Positions 29,772 to 40,019 of a stretch of DNA of 64,000 nucleotides are shown one piece after another. The stretch comes from Minisyncoccia bacterium (lineage in GTDB: Bacteria; Patescibacteriota; Minisyncoccia; Phycocordibacterales; UBA918): positions 593,408-657,407 of the forward strand of contig JBKBPM010000001.1 in NCBI GenBank assembly GCA_046293175.1, read 5' to 3'. The position numbers and the translations under genes were made by a program. The notes under the pieces were generated by a model. The model had not been told where the DNA came from. It made no database searches and saw nothing but the letters and a program-made list of their open reading frames with translations. How positions within the stretch are numbered: the first letter of the stretch is position 1; every line of letters starts with the position of its first letter.

Positions 29772-31055
29772 ATGAAAAAACTCTCATGGACGACGGTCCA
29801 AAAACGTGTAAACGATCTCATTCCCCAGGAGATCAATCCCCGCAAGATCAGCGACAAGCAGATGTCCGATCTCAAGCGGAGCCTTAAGAAGTTCAATCTG
29901 GTGGAGATCCCTGCCGTGGATTATGACGGCACCATTCTCGCAGGACACCAGCGCATCAAGGCGCTCCAGCTTCTTGAGCGCGGAGACGAGACAATCGACA
30001 TCCGTGTGCCGAATCGCAAGCTTACGGAAAAGGAAGCCAAGGAATACCTGATCGGCTCTAACAAGCTCGGCGGAGACTGGGACTTCGACATCCTGAAGTC
30101 CTTTGAACTCGACACGCTCTCATTCGCTGGATTCGATGATATGGAGCTTGCGAAGTTCTGGGACAACGATAACGAGACCAAAGAGGATTCGTTCGATATC
30201 GAGAAGGAGCTGAAGAAGATAACCGATCCCAAGACAAAGCTCGGCGACATCATCCATCTCGGCAAGCATAAGATCCTCTGCGGGGACTCGACTGACCCAA
30301 AGAACCTTGCGCGCCTCCTCGGTGAGGAGCGAGCCAGCATGATTTACTCAGATCCCGTCTACAACATCTCTATCGACTACGACGGAGGCATCGGCGGAAA
30401 GAAGGACTACGGAGGAAACGTGAACGACACGCGTACCTACGAGGAGTACAAGGGGTTCATCAGAGATAGTCTCACAGCCGCACTCGCGGTTTCCTCTCCC
30501 AATACTCACGTCTTCTACTACTGCGATCAGGTCTACATCGGCTTGATTCAAGAAATCTACCGCTCGCTTGGCATCGCGAACAAGCGCGTATGCCTGTGGC
30601 TCAAGAACTCGCAGAATCCCGTACCGAAGGTGTACTGCAACAAGGCATACGAACCTGCCGTATACGGCACGCGCGGAAAGCCATACCTTGCCGAAGCTGT
30701 AAGCGATCTCAACGAAGTGATGAATAAGGAGTTCACCACCGGCAACGAGCTGGTGACGCAGGTCGATGACTTCCTTGAAATCTGGACGGCAAAGCGACTT
30801 GCCGCGAAAGACTACAAGCACGCTACGTCAAAGCCGATCACGCTCCACGAGAAAGCGATCAAGCGTTGCACGAAGCCGAATGACATTATTCTCGACAGTT
30901 TCCTCGGTTCGGGCAGCACCCTCTTGGCCGGAGAACAGCTCGGACGACGCGTATACGGTTGTGAGCTTGAGCCAAGGTTCTGCGACCTGATCGCGGCTCG
31001 CTTCGAGGCGCTTACTGGAATTAAGCCGGTCATCGAACGCCATGAAGAAAAATAA
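29772..31055 (+). CDS. ParB-like domain fused to an N6/N4 DNA methyltransferase (phage type)
   Basis: NPRKI...ILAGHQRIKAL (ParB/Srx), CGDS, DPVY motif IV, HATSKP, LDSFLGSGST motif I; AAGGAG RBS. Confidence 0.88.
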   Translation: MKKLSWTTVQKRVNDLIPQEINPRKISDKQMSDLKRSLKKFNLVEIPAVDYDGTILAGHQRIKALQLLERGDETIDIRVPNRKLTEKEAKEYLIGSNKLGGDWDFDILKSFELDTLSFAGFDDMELAKFWDNDNETKEDSFDIEKELKKITDPKTKLGDIIHLGKHKILCGDSTDPKNLARLLGEERASMIYSDPVYNISIDYDGGIGGKKDYGGNVNDTRTYEEYKGFIRDSLTAALAVSSPNTHVFYYCDQVYIGLIQEIYRSLGIANKRVCLWLKNSQNPVPKVYCNKAYEPAVYGTRGKPYLAEAVSDLNEVMNKEFTTGNELVTQVDDFLEIWTAKRLAAKDYKHATSKPITLHEKAIKRCTKPNDIILDSFLGSGSTLLAGEQLGRRVYGCELEPRFCDLIAARFEALTGIKPVIERHEEK

Positions 31056-31515
31056 ATTCCAGAAGCAGTTTTTAGACGAACTGCGGAAAGTCCCGATTGT
31101 ACAGGTCGCGTGCGAGAAGACAGGACTTTCCCGCAACAGCGTATACCGTTGGCGAAACGAAGATGCTGAGTTCCGCAAGGCAATGGAAGAGGCCATCGCC
31201 GAGGGCGAGGAGCTCGTTAACGACATGAGCGAAGGACAGCTCCTCACGCTTATCAAGGAGAAGAATTGGTCAGCGATCAGCTTCTGGCTCCGCAAGCGTA
31301 ATCCGAAGTTTAAGGACCGCATTGAGGTGGAAGTCGCGCCGAAACAGGAAGAACTTACGCCCGAACAGGAAGAGACGGTGCGCGAGGCTCTTCGCCTTGC
31401 CTCTATGGATCCCATTACCAATCTAAAAGAAGCCAATCATGGAACACAGCCCGCTACCGCCTCATCTGATGGAAACGATGATGAAGGATCGGAAAGTACG
31501 AACGGCAATCACTAA
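31042..31515 (+). CDS. Probable terminase small subunit (HTH)
   Basis: FLDELRK.PIVQVACEKTGLSRNSVYRWR HTH and AISFWL; directly upstream of terL. Confidence 0.7.
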   Translation: MKKNKFQKQFLDELRKVPIVQVACEKTGLSRNSVYRWRNEDAEFRKAMEEAIAEGEELVNDMSEGQLLTLIKEKNWSAISFWLRKRNPKFKDRIEVEVAPKQEELTPEQEETVREALRLASMDPITNLKEANHGTQPATASSDGNDDEGSESTNGNH

Positions 31516-32911
31516 GGAAAGCCACTGGTACTTCTTCCACTTCTACTTTGCCCACTATGTGAAGTATCCGACAGCCCCGTTCCAGAAGGAACTTATGGGA
31601 CTTTCGGAACGTGAGGATGTGAAGAATCTCGTCGTGGTTGCCTTTCGTGGATCGGCAAAGTCCACGATCTTCACCATGTCCTATCCGATCTGGGCAATCC
31701 TTGGAAAGCAACAAAAGAAGTTCATCGTCATCCTCTCACAGACTCAGGCTCAGGCTAAGCAGCACATGATGAACCTGCGACGCGAGCTTGAAAATAATAC
31801 GCTTCTCAAAAGTGACCTAGGATCGTTCCAAGAAGAGCGAAACGAATGGGGCGCGACATCCCTTGTGTTCGGAAGACATGGTGCGCGCATCACAGCTGTT
31901 TCGACCGAACAGAGCGTTCGCGGTCTGCGCCATAACCAGCACCGCCCCGATCTGATCATCGGAGACGACCTAGAAGACATCGCTTCGACCAAAACACGCG
32001 AGGGTCGCAACAAGACGTATGAGTGGCTCACGGGAGAAGTGATTCCTGCTGGAGACCGAAACACGAGGCTCATTGTGATTGGAAACCTCCTGCATGAGGA
32101 CTCGCTCATCATGCGGCTCAAGGAAGACATTACTGACAAGCGCATTGATGGAATGTTCCGAGCGTACCCACTTATGGAGGGGCAGAGCATCCTGTGGCCG
32201 GGAAAGTACCCAACCATGGAGGATATCGAAGAGGAACAGAGAAAAGCGGCGAACGACTATGCGTGGCAGCGAGAATATCTCCTCAATATTGTTCCAGCCG
32301 AAGACCAGGTTATTGATCCCGCATGGATTCAGTACTACGACGAAATTCCGCCTCGTGTAAGGGTCTTCAAAAACGACACCTACATGACGAATCTGGAAGT
32401 ACGTATCGGTGTCGATCTTGCGATCTCAAAGAGGGACACCGCCGACTATACCGCGATGATCCCAGCTCTCCTTTACGAGGCGAAAAAAGGATACGACATC
32501 TATATTCTTCCGAAGATCATCAACAAGCGACTTTCCTTCCCTGAGACGGTTGAGACATGCAAGATCATACACAACTCGTATAAGGATGTTCCGCACTGGA
32601 ATGGTCCTGTGTTCGTGATCGAGGACGTGGCGTATCAGAGTGCGCTACCTCAACAGCTCAAGGCGGAAGGGCTTAGGCAGATACACACCGTAAAGCCAGG
32701 AAATACCGATAAGCGTGCGCGCCTCATGCTTACCGCGAACTTGATTAAGACTGGTGTCGTGAAGTTTCCGCGACAAGGAGCGGAGCAGCTAATCCAGCAG
32801 ATCGTACACTTCGGTGTCGAGAAGCATGATGACCTCGCGGATGCTTTCTCTGCCCTTGTCTTGGACGCACTTGCCGACCCGCCAAGTACGTTTCGTATTT
32901 TCTTTATTTAA
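31439..32911 (+). CDS. terL: Terminase large subunit
   Basis: Walker A AFRGSAKST, Walker B LIIGDDLE, RNase H-like nuclease IGVDLA and HDDLADA. Confidence 0.85.
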   Translation: MEHSPLPPHLMETMMKDRKVRTAITKESHWYFFHFYFAHYVKYPTAPFQKELMGLSEREDVKNLVVVAFRGSAKSTIFTMSYPIWAILGKQQKKFIVILSQTQAQAKQHMMNLRRELENNTLLKSDLGSFQEERNEWGATSLVFGRHGARITAVSTEQSVRGLRHNQHRPDLIIGDDLEDIASTKTREGRNKTYEWLTGEVIPAGDRNTRLIVIGNLLHEDSLIMRLKEDITDKRIDGMFRAYPLMEGQSILWPGKYPTMEDIEEEQRKAANDYAWQREYLLNIVPAEDQVIDPAWIQYYDEIPPRVRVFKNDTYMTNLEVRIGVDLAISKRDTADYTAMIPALLYEAKKGYDIYILPKIINKRLSFPETVETCKIIHNSYKDVPHWNGPVFVIEDVAYQSALPQQLKAEGLRQIHTVKPGNTDKRARLMLTANLIKTGVVKFPRQGAEQLIQQIVHFGVEKHDDLADAFSALVLDALADPPSTFRIFFI

Positions 32912-33005
32912 GAGAATATGTGCAAACTACTTAAAGCGACCATGCGACGTTTTCTTAGTTCTGCATAGTCTATGCACCACCAACTGGTCTGGCATCAATA
33001 TACAT

Positions 33006-34325
33006 ATGCGAACGGATCAAATTTCAGCCCTTATTGGGCAGGCACCTGTCATACCTACAACAAAGGTTAAATACGTCCTGTATGCCCGAAAATCGACCGA
33101 GCAGGACGAGAAGCAGGCACTATCTATCGAATCCCAAGTAAAGGAAATGTTGGCGATAGCGGAACGAGAAAATCTTGAAATTGTAGATATACGCAGAGAA
33201 GCACATTCGGCCAAAGATTCAGGACAGCGACCAGTGTTCAAAGAAATTCTTGAGGATGTACGAAGAGAACGATTTAATGGAATTCTAGTATGGCATCCAG
33301 ACCGTCTAAGTAGAAATGCTGGCGATCTTGGATCTGTTGTAGATCTAATGGATCAGAAGCTCTTAGTACAGATACGCACTTACGGACAAACGTTCACAAA
33401 CACACCAAGCGAGAAGTTTCTTTTGATGATTCTCTGTTCTCAAGCAAAGCTAGAGAATGATAATAAAAGTATTAACGTAAAGAGAGGTCTCAAGACTAGA
33501 GTTGAAATGGGACTATGGCCTGCCCCTGCCCCAACAGGCTATCTCAAAGAAAAACGAATAGATCGAAAGTGCGAGACCCTAATAGATCCAGACCGAGGAC
33601 CAATCATCAGAAAAGTATTTGAGAAGGTCGCTTATGAAAAGTGGTCAGGACGAAAGGTATACAACTGGCTAAAGTTTGATCTCAACTTCAAGACCGCTGC
33701 TGGAAATAAAAATCTAACGGTGAGCAACATTTACTGCATTCTAGAGAATCACTTTTACTACGGTGTATTTGAATATCCCAAGAACTCTGGAAATTGGTAT
33801 CAGGGAAAGCATGAGCCTCTAATCACTAAAGAGCTATTTGAGCAGGTTCAAGAGCAAGTAAAAAGCCAATTCGTCAGGTCTGAAGGTAAGGAGTTTGCTT
33901 TTACTAAACTTATGACCTGTGGCTTATGCGGGTCAGGCATTACAGCCGACGAAAAGTTCAAGAAGCAGAAGAACGGCAATATACACCGGCACGTTTACTA
34001 CGGCTGCACCAAACGGAGAGATCCGAACTGCAAATGTGGCTATATCAACGAAATAGATCTCATTAAGCAATTTGAGGACTTAATGGATGTCATTGATATC
34101 GACGAAATCGGCATTAAAGAAAAGATGAAGAATGAGATTGAACGATTCAAGAAATTCCAGAGAATATTTTTAGGAAAATCTATTCAGGTAACAGTGGCAG
34201 ATGTAGATATACGCAATTACTCTAAATATTTGTTGAGGGAGGGTAAAGATATAGAGAAACGCGAACTACTCGGTTGTCTTAAAGGTCAAATTTTACTCCA
34301 ACACAAAACGATTTCGCTTAAATAA
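33006..34325 (+). CDS. Large serine recombinase (integrase)
   Basis: YARKSTE catalytic Ser, DRLSRN, recombinase domain GKHEPLI, zinc ribbon CGLCG...YYGC...C. Confidence 0.93.
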   Translation: MRTDQISALIGQAPVIPTTKVKYVLYARKSTEQDEKQALSIESQVKEMLAIAERENLEIVDIRREAHSAKDSGQRPVFKEILEDVRRERFNGILVWHPDRLSRNAGDLGSVVDLMDQKLLVQIRTYGQTFTNTPSEKFLLMILCSQAKLENDNKSINVKRGLKTRVEMGLWPAPAPTGYLKEKRIDRKCETLIDPDRGPIIRKVFEKVAYEKWSGRKVYNWLKFDLNFKTAAGNKNLTVSNIYCILENHFYYGVFEYPKNSGNWYQGKHEPLITKELFEQVQEQVKSQFVRSEGKEFAFTKLMTCGLCGSGITADEKFKKQKNGNIHRHVYYGCTKRRDPNCKCGYINEIDLIKQFEDLMDVIDIDEIGIKEKMKNEIERFKKFQRIFLGKSIQVTVADVDIRNYSKYLLREGKDIEKRELLGCLKGQILLQHKTISLK

Positions 34326-34326
34326 G

Positions 34327-36324
34327 CTAAAGCACGTTTTTTCGAAGCAAAGACGCGTTAATTGCTACAATAACGGTTGAGAGTGACATAAAAACGGCAG
34401 CTACCGCTGGTTGGAGCATGATGCCGTACATCACAAGCGCACCTGCCGCAATCGGCAAGGCGATGATGTTGTACCCAGTGGCCCAGAAAAGATTCTCGAT
34501 CATTTTGCGGTACGTGAGTCGAGAAAGGTGGATAATCTTTGGTATGTCGCGCGGGTCGTTCTTTACAAGAATAATGCCCGCTGATTCAATCGCCACGTTC
34601 GTGCCTGCCCCGATAGCAATACCGAGATCTGCTTGTGTGAGCGCTGGCGCATCATTGACTCCATCACCCACCATAGCAACACGTTCACCACGCGCTTGTA
34701 GTTTCTTCACAGTATCCGCTTTCTCTTCAGGAAGTACATGGGCAAAGTATTCATCGATGCCAAGTTCTTTAGAAACCCATGCGGCCACATCTTCAGCGTC
34801 GCCCGTAATCATAGCAATGCGTACACCCATATCTTTGAGTTTGGAAATTGCTTCTCGTGATTCCTCACGAATGACGTCAGCAAGTGCAATGCTTCCAACC
34901 CAGCTGCCGCCTTCGACCACGTGGATAACCGTCTTTCCCTCAAGTTCGTGATTTTGTATAACCTTCTGTTGATCAGGAGGGATGACAATACCACTCTCCG
35001 CAACAAACGAAGATGACCCTACAAAGACTCGTTTGCCATTAATGTCTGCTTGAACACCCTTTCCACGAATGTTCGTGAAGGCTGAAGTTTGAGGAAGGAT
35101 TGTTTCCTCCGCATACGCATGAGCGACAATCGCACGGCCAATGGGATGTTCAGAAGTTTTGTTTGCACCCCCCGCAAGTGACAGTGTTTTGTTTACGTCA
35201 CCCATGATTGCCATAACACCAAATGATCCTTTGGTGAGGGTACCTGTTTTATCAAACAGCACCGTGGTGACATTCCGAGCCGCTTCAAGAGCCAATCGTC
35301 TCTTTACGAAGAAGCCGTTTCTCGAAGCCATTGTGGTTGAAATAGAAGCAACAAGTGGAATCGCGAGACCAAGCGCATGAGGACAGGCAATCACCAAGAC
35401 CGCCACGAGCCGCTCAACTGCAAATCCAAACGGTTGTCCAACAGCAATCCACGAAGCAAACGTAATGAATCCAGCAATTACTGCAAGGAGTGTAAGGTAA
35501 AACGCTGCACGGTCTGAAAGAAGCTGCAGCTTTGACTTTGAAGATTCTGCCTCAGCCACCAACCGCATGATTCCCGCAAGAAAGGTGTGTTCACCTAGTT
35601 TATCGAGACGAATTTCCAGACTTCCATCGCCATTAATGGAACCCGCGATAATCTCCACACCCTCTTGTTTTAGTACAGGGCGTGACTCTCCGGTAATGAG
35701 TGATTCGTCCACTTCCGATTCACCCTTAAGAACAACTCCATCAGCTGGAACTCTTCCGCCAGGGCGTACGAGCACCACATCACCTTCTTGTAGTTCGGAA
35801 AGAGAGACGGTAACGGGAGTGCCATTCCGCATCACTTCGGCAGTATCAGGGAGTAGTTTTGCCAACTCACGAAGTGCTCCTTGTGCTCCTTTGACTGCCT
35901 TCATTTCTATCCAGTGGCCAATGAGCATGACACCCACGAGGGTAGAGAGTTCCCAAAAAAGTGTCATGCCTTCGCCCACCAAAACAACCCCAATACTGTA
36001 GAGGTAGGCGGCACTGATAGCGATTGCAATCAGTGTCATCATGCCCGGCATCCGCATCTTAAGTTCGTCCCAAGCTCCTTTGAGAAATACAAAGCCACCA
36101 TAGAAGAACACGATACTCCCGAGTACAGCTTGTACATAATGAGAGCCAGGAAAAGCCGGAGCGGACCAACCAAGGAAGGCTCCGGGTAAATCCGAGTAGA
36201 GAATGATGGGGATTGTTAACACGAGTACTACCCAAAACTTCTTGAGGAAGTCCTCCGTATGATGACCTGCATGTTTATCATGAGTACCCCCGTGATCGTG
36301 GTGATGTCCGTGATTATGATTCAT
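34327..36324 (-). CDS. copB: Copper-exporting P1B ATPase (CopB-like, His-rich N-terminus)
   Basis: CPH in TM, DKTGT, TGES, SEHP, GDGVND and YN...MSLST. Confidence 0.88.
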   Translation of the reverse strand: MNHNHGHHHDHGGTHDKHAGHHTEDFLKKFWVVLVLTIPIILYSDLPGAFLGWSAPAFPGSHYVQAVLGSIVFFYGGFVFLKGAWDELKMRMPGMMTLIAIAISAAYLYSIGVVLVGEGMTLFWELSTLVGVMLIGHWIEMKAVKGAQGALRELAKLLPDTAEVMRNGTPVTVSLSELQEGDVVLVRPGGRVPADGVVLKGESEVDESLITGESRPVLKQEGVEIIAGSINGDGSLEIRLDKLGEHTFLAGIMRLVAEAESSKSKLQLLSDRAAFYLTLLAVIAGFITFASWIAVGQPFGFAVERLVAVLVIACPHALGLAIPLVASISTTMASRNGFFVKRRLALEAARNVTTVLFDKTGTLTKGSFGVMAIMGDVNKTLSLAGGANKTSEHPIGRAIVAHAYAEETILPQTSAFTNIRGKGVQADINGKRVFVGSSSFVAESGIVIPPDQQKVIQNHELEGKTVIHVVEGGSWVGSIALADVIREESREAISKLKDMGVRIAMITGDAEDVAAWVSKELGIDEYFAHVLPEEKADTVKKLQARGERVAMVGDGVNDAPALTQADLGIAIGAGTNVAIESAGIILVKNDPRDIPKIIHLSRLTYRKMIENLFWATGYNIIALPIAAGALVMYGIMLQPAVAAVFMSLSTVIVAINASLLRKNVL

Positions 36325-36511
36325 GTTTTTCTTTTTCGTTATGGTCGTGGCCATGGTGTCCATGATGCATAAACAGATGCATAAAGAGACACCCCAAGAG
36401 GAACGCAAATGGCAGATACGGCGCAAGGTGTTCTTGGTGGTTGGTTACTGCATACACACCTGCCACGATGACCAGTACTATAAGTGTATACCGAATATAT
36501 TTTGAATTCAT
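36314..36511 (-). CDS. DUF2933-like small His-rich membrane protein
   Basis: LPFAFLLGCLFMHLFMHHGHHGH, immediately upstream of the Cu ATPase. Confidence 0.7.
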   Translation of the reverse strand: MNSKYIRYTLIVLVIVAGVYAVTNHQEHLAPYLPFAFLLGCLFMHLFMHHGHHGHDHNEKEKHES

Positions 36512-36531
36512 ATTTTTACTTTTACTTGTAA

Positions 36532-37287
36532 TTACTCCACAATGACAACCCCTTCGGCAGCGGGATTAAGATGATCGTGGTAATTCCATGTGCCTGGTTT
36601 GTCGAACGTATACATGTATTGATCTCCAGTCTTGAACTGATCAAATGTAGGAAGAATGCTGTGTTCCGGATGTTCATTTGACGCCACCCACATTTCTTTT
36701 GTACTTTCATTCACGAAGTGCACCATTGTACCGAGTGGTACTGAAACTTCTTTCGGTTCAAAGCCACTGTCGGTATAGCGAATAGTTGCCATAGCGGAAT
36801 TTCCCATCATGTGTATAGCGTCGGCATTTCCCGTATTTGTGGTGATTGAAGTAGGTACGGGAGCACCTGTTGCGACATACACGGATAGAGGCATTCCATC
36901 AACCTCGAGAGGTTGATCAAGGTCATTAAAGACCTTGTCATCACCCGCATCTTCGTACGCCATCACTATTAGTTCCTCACCGCCCTCGTAGAAGTCACCG
37001 AGGGGGATTGCAATACCATTATGAGTTCCTGTCGTAAGGTATTGGCTAATCTCAACGATTTGACCGAGACGACCATTATCAATGGAGCGGACCGCGAGGA
37101 ACCCTGGCTTTAGGAGTGTGACCGAATCAACAGTTACTACAGTGGTAGCGTTCTGCGCTGAAACCACTAGTTCTCCCTCTGCATTAGTTGCCATTTTTGG
37201 TGCTTCGCTGTGGGGTTGCTTAGTCGTGAGGAAAAAGACGATTCCTATACCGACTACCACCACGACTCCACTAATAATCGCTCTCAT
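36532..37287 (-). CDS. Membrane-anchored cupredoxin-domain protein
   Basis: GFEPKEVSV..GT.VHFVN...YTFDKPGTWNYHDHL. Confidence 0.75.
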   Translation of the reverse strand: MRAIISGVVVVVGIGIVFFLTTKQPHSEAPKMATNAEGELVVSAQNATTVVTVDSVTLLKPGFLAVRSIDNGRLGQIVEISQYLTTGTHNGIAIPLGDFYEGGEELIVMAYEDAGDDKVFNDLDQPLEVDGMPLSVYVATGAPVPTSITTNTGNADAIHMMGNSAMATIRYTDSGFEPKEVSVPLGTMVHFVNESTKEMWVASNEHPEHSILPTFDQFKTGDQYMYTFDKPGTWNYHDHLNPAAEGVVIVE

Positions 37288-37292
37288 ATCAA

Positions 37293-38861
37293 TTATTCTG
37301 TTACAGCAAACTCAAACATCATTCCTGCTTCGAGATGTTCAGCAATGTGACAATGCGCCATCCATTCGCCGGGGTTTGTGGTGTCGAGTAGGATATCGAC
37401 ATACTGTCCAGCTGGTACCATCACCGTGTCTTTCCAAACCAAGTTGTCGTTTGTTGTTCCATTTTCATTGACTACCAAGAATCGCTGACCGTGGAAGTGA
37501 ATTGGGTGTTGCATTGGATGAGCAGAATTTGCGTCATTAGTGATACGGACCTTCACCTTGTCACCAGATTTGAAGCTCCACGCAATATCCATATTCGTCT
37601 GCCCGGTTGCCTTGTCGGTGATCTTCCACTTTGTCATATCCTTGGTCGCCATCTGGTTCATCATGGCCATGTCAGTATCCTCCCATTCAATGCCATCTTT
37701 ACTCACCGTATTAGCCATCATTCCTCCCATCATTGATCCATCGGGCATCCTGTGTCCACCCATGCCTCCACTCATACCGCCCATCATGTCGATGGTGAGA
37801 TTGAGTTCTTTATCGACTGGTTTGGCGAGGTATTCCCGATACGGGTCAATGCTTGCTTTCGCAACTTCGTTGGTGCGAAGCGTGCCAAAGATATCTCCGT
37901 AGTATGGAGACGCAACCCCTCCCGAGACAGTAACTTTGCCAAGTTCATACGTTTTTTCAGGCGTGCTATGGAGAAGTGCATACGTTCCTTCGTTAGCAAA
38001 TAGCACTTCCACAACTACTCGCTCAGATGGTCCGAGAATCACTGAGTCTTTCCATTCTTCTCGCTCCGTCGCCCCAGCATCTCCGCCGACTAATTTCAGC
38101 TTCGCACCCTTAATACTGAAGTTGAATGGTCGCGCGTTTGCGGCGTTTGTGAGATAGAAGCGAATCACTTCACCCTCTGTTGCTGTGAGCTCGTAATCAG
38201 TCTCACCATTTACGAGCATCACGTTTCCGTAACGACCCATGAGGGTACGATCTGCTTCCTTTTTGCTCAGATTTATCTTTCCGTTCTCAATGAGAATGTC
38301 GTCCAGAATAAGTGGTACCTCGCGGTTTACTTCATTCCAATACTTCTCATCGGTAGCTACCACAAGATAGTTCCCGTATAAGCCGAGCTCCTGTTCCAAG
38401 TCTTCACGAACATGCGGGTGGTACCAGTACATTCCGGCGTCAGGGAATTTCAGTTTGTACGAGAACGTCTCACCCGGTTTCATCTCCTCTTGAGTCGACT
38501 GTGAACCATCAAACTCATTGTCCATGCGCACGCCGTGCGAGTGGAGAAGTGTGTTCATGTCGGTACCATTCTTGAAGTTGATGGTCACCTCTGCACCTTG
38601 CGGTACTTTGATTAATGGTCCGGGTATTGAGCCGTTGTATGCGAGCATTTTGTATGACACGCCATTGATGTTTTTTTCGACGTAGCTGGCAGTGAGGTCA
38701 TAGGTGTCACCATTTTTAAGTTCAACAGTCTCTGATGCTTTTGCAGGTTCAGCTTTTGTAAGGGCAGTGCTCGCACCAGGTATAGTTCCTCCTTTTGATA
38801 GCAGAATGCCACCAACGACAAGAACTACGCCGAGCACTACCGCAATAAGTGTTTTATTCAT
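37293..38861 (-). CDS. Multicopper oxidase
   Basis: HSHG, WYHPH, HPIHFHG and HCHIAEHLEAGMM copper motifs; Met-rich loop. Confidence 0.93.
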   Translation of the reverse strand: MNKTLIAVVLGVVLVVGGILLSKGGTIPGASTALTKAEPAKASETVELKNGDTYDLTASYVEKNINGVSYKMLAYNGSIPGPLIKVPQGAEVTINFKNGTDMNTLLHSHGVRMDNEFDGSQSTQEEMKPGETFSYKLKFPDAGMYWYHPHVREDLEQELGLYGNYLVVATDEKYWNEVNREVPLILDDILIENGKINLSKKEADRTLMGRYGNVMLVNGETDYELTATEGEVIRFYLTNAANARPFNFSIKGAKLKLVGGDAGATEREEWKDSVILGPSERVVVEVLFANEGTYALLHSTPEKTYELGKVTVSGGVASPYYGDIFGTLRTNEVAKASIDPYREYLAKPVDKELNLTIDMMGGMSGGMGGHRMPDGSMMGGMMANTVSKDGIEWEDTDMAMMNQMATKDMTKWKITDKATGQTNMDIAWSFKSGDKVKVRITNDANSAHPMQHPIHFHGQRFLVVNENGTTNDNLVWKDTVMVPAGQYVDILLDTTNPGEWMAHCHIAEHLEAGMMFEFAVTE

Positions 38862-38876
38862 ACATAGTTGATAACG

Positions 38877-40019
38877 CTAATTAATAATTTTACTTCCCCC
38901 ACTCCAGATACTGATACCATTCGGCATATCGCCAACAGGGATCCTAGAAATTTCTCTGTTAGTATCCGTATCAATAATTGTTACGTCATCGCCGAGCAAA
39001 TTAGTAACATACGCGCGAGCTCCGTCTTCCGATACGACAATTCCGTGTGGCGCAGAACCGGCAGTAATAGTTTTGTCGACTATTTTTCGTCCGATATCTA
39101 TCCGATACACAAGATTTCCTGTCGGTTGATCGAAGTAGTAGCCTTGGTCAGCCACGTACAGGTATCGTGAGTCTGGGGTCGGGTAGATTTGCACAGGTCC
39201 ACGAGATCCTTCGGGAAGGGTTATGACCCCTTGTTCATTATTTTTCCGGTTGAGCCATACGATTTGTTTGGTGTCATACACTGACGAAAATGCGTATATA
39301 CCATCTTGGGTGACGGCTGTTTGGACACCAGCTCCAGGCAATGTGATGTTTCGTACGATATTGGTCTCTGTATCGAGGACAGCCATCCCTTTTCCATCAA
39401 TAAGCGCGATGAATACTTCCGTGCCATCCGGTGTCACTCGAAGTCCGTGTGGCCCACTTGCTTCACCGAGCGCAATTTCGCGTATAATTCTGCGACCCTC
39501 AACGTCTATCACGTAGACCTTGCCCTTTTCTTGTGAGGTCACGTATGCGGTTTTTGCGTCAGGAGAGGTGACGACGTGTGCAAGGTGGCTGTCGGTAGCG
39601 ACGGGAATTGAGTAAACAATTGTGTCAGTTACTGGGTCGATGATAAACAGCTTGTCGGAATTCTGTCCATGACCCATATCCGGCATTGCATCATCTTCCA
39701 TGTCCATGCCTTCCTCGACGTTTGCCGTCACCAGCACCTTCTTCCCGTCCGGAGCTACCTGCACATTATGTGCCATGTAGCGGACTGTTTCTCCGTCAAC
39801 CTTTTCAGACAAGTCGATGGTTGCAATAACTTTTGTACTCTTAGAATCAATTACAGAGACCTTTCCTTCGCCCTCGAGCGCAACGTACACTTTTTCACTC
39901 TGACTACTGACAGAAGTAGTTATTTCTTGAGGCGTATTTATATCCCTAGCTGACAGAGTCCAAAAAGCACCTCCAATAAGAACAATTGCTGCAATTGTGC
40001 CTAATACGTATTTATTCAT
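38877..40019 (-). CDS. YncE/YVTN beta-propeller protein
   Basis: Repeats AHNVQVAPDG, AHVVTSPD, PHGLRVTPDG, PHGIVVSEDG..AYVTN. Confidence 0.85.
   Translation of the reverse strand: MNKYVLGTIAAIVLIGGAFWTLSARDINTPQEITTSVSSQSEKVYVALEGEGKVSVIDSKSTKVIATIDLSEKVDGETVRYMAHNVQVAPDGKKVLVTANVEEGMDMEDDAMPDMGHGQNSDKLFIIDPVTDTIVYSIPVATDSHLAHVVTSPDAKTAYVTSQEKGKVYVIDVEGRRIIREIALGEASGPHGLRVTPDGTEVFIALIDGKGMAVLDTETNIVRNITLPGAGVQTAVTQDGIYAFSSVYDTKQIVWLNRKNNEQGVITLPEGSRGPVQIYPTPDSRYLYVADQGYYFDQPTGNLVYRIDIGRKIVDKTITAGSAPHGIVVSEDGARAYVTNLLGDDVTIIDTDTNREISRIPVGDMPNGISIWSGGSKIIN

Noticed and set aside
29921-32217. Long antisense ORFs (139-202 aa) opposite the methylase and terminase genes
   Set aside because: They have no motifs and are expected from codon bias on the coding strand.
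29193-34325. Complete prophage
   Set aside because: No portal, capsid, tail, lysis or replication genes are recognisable.
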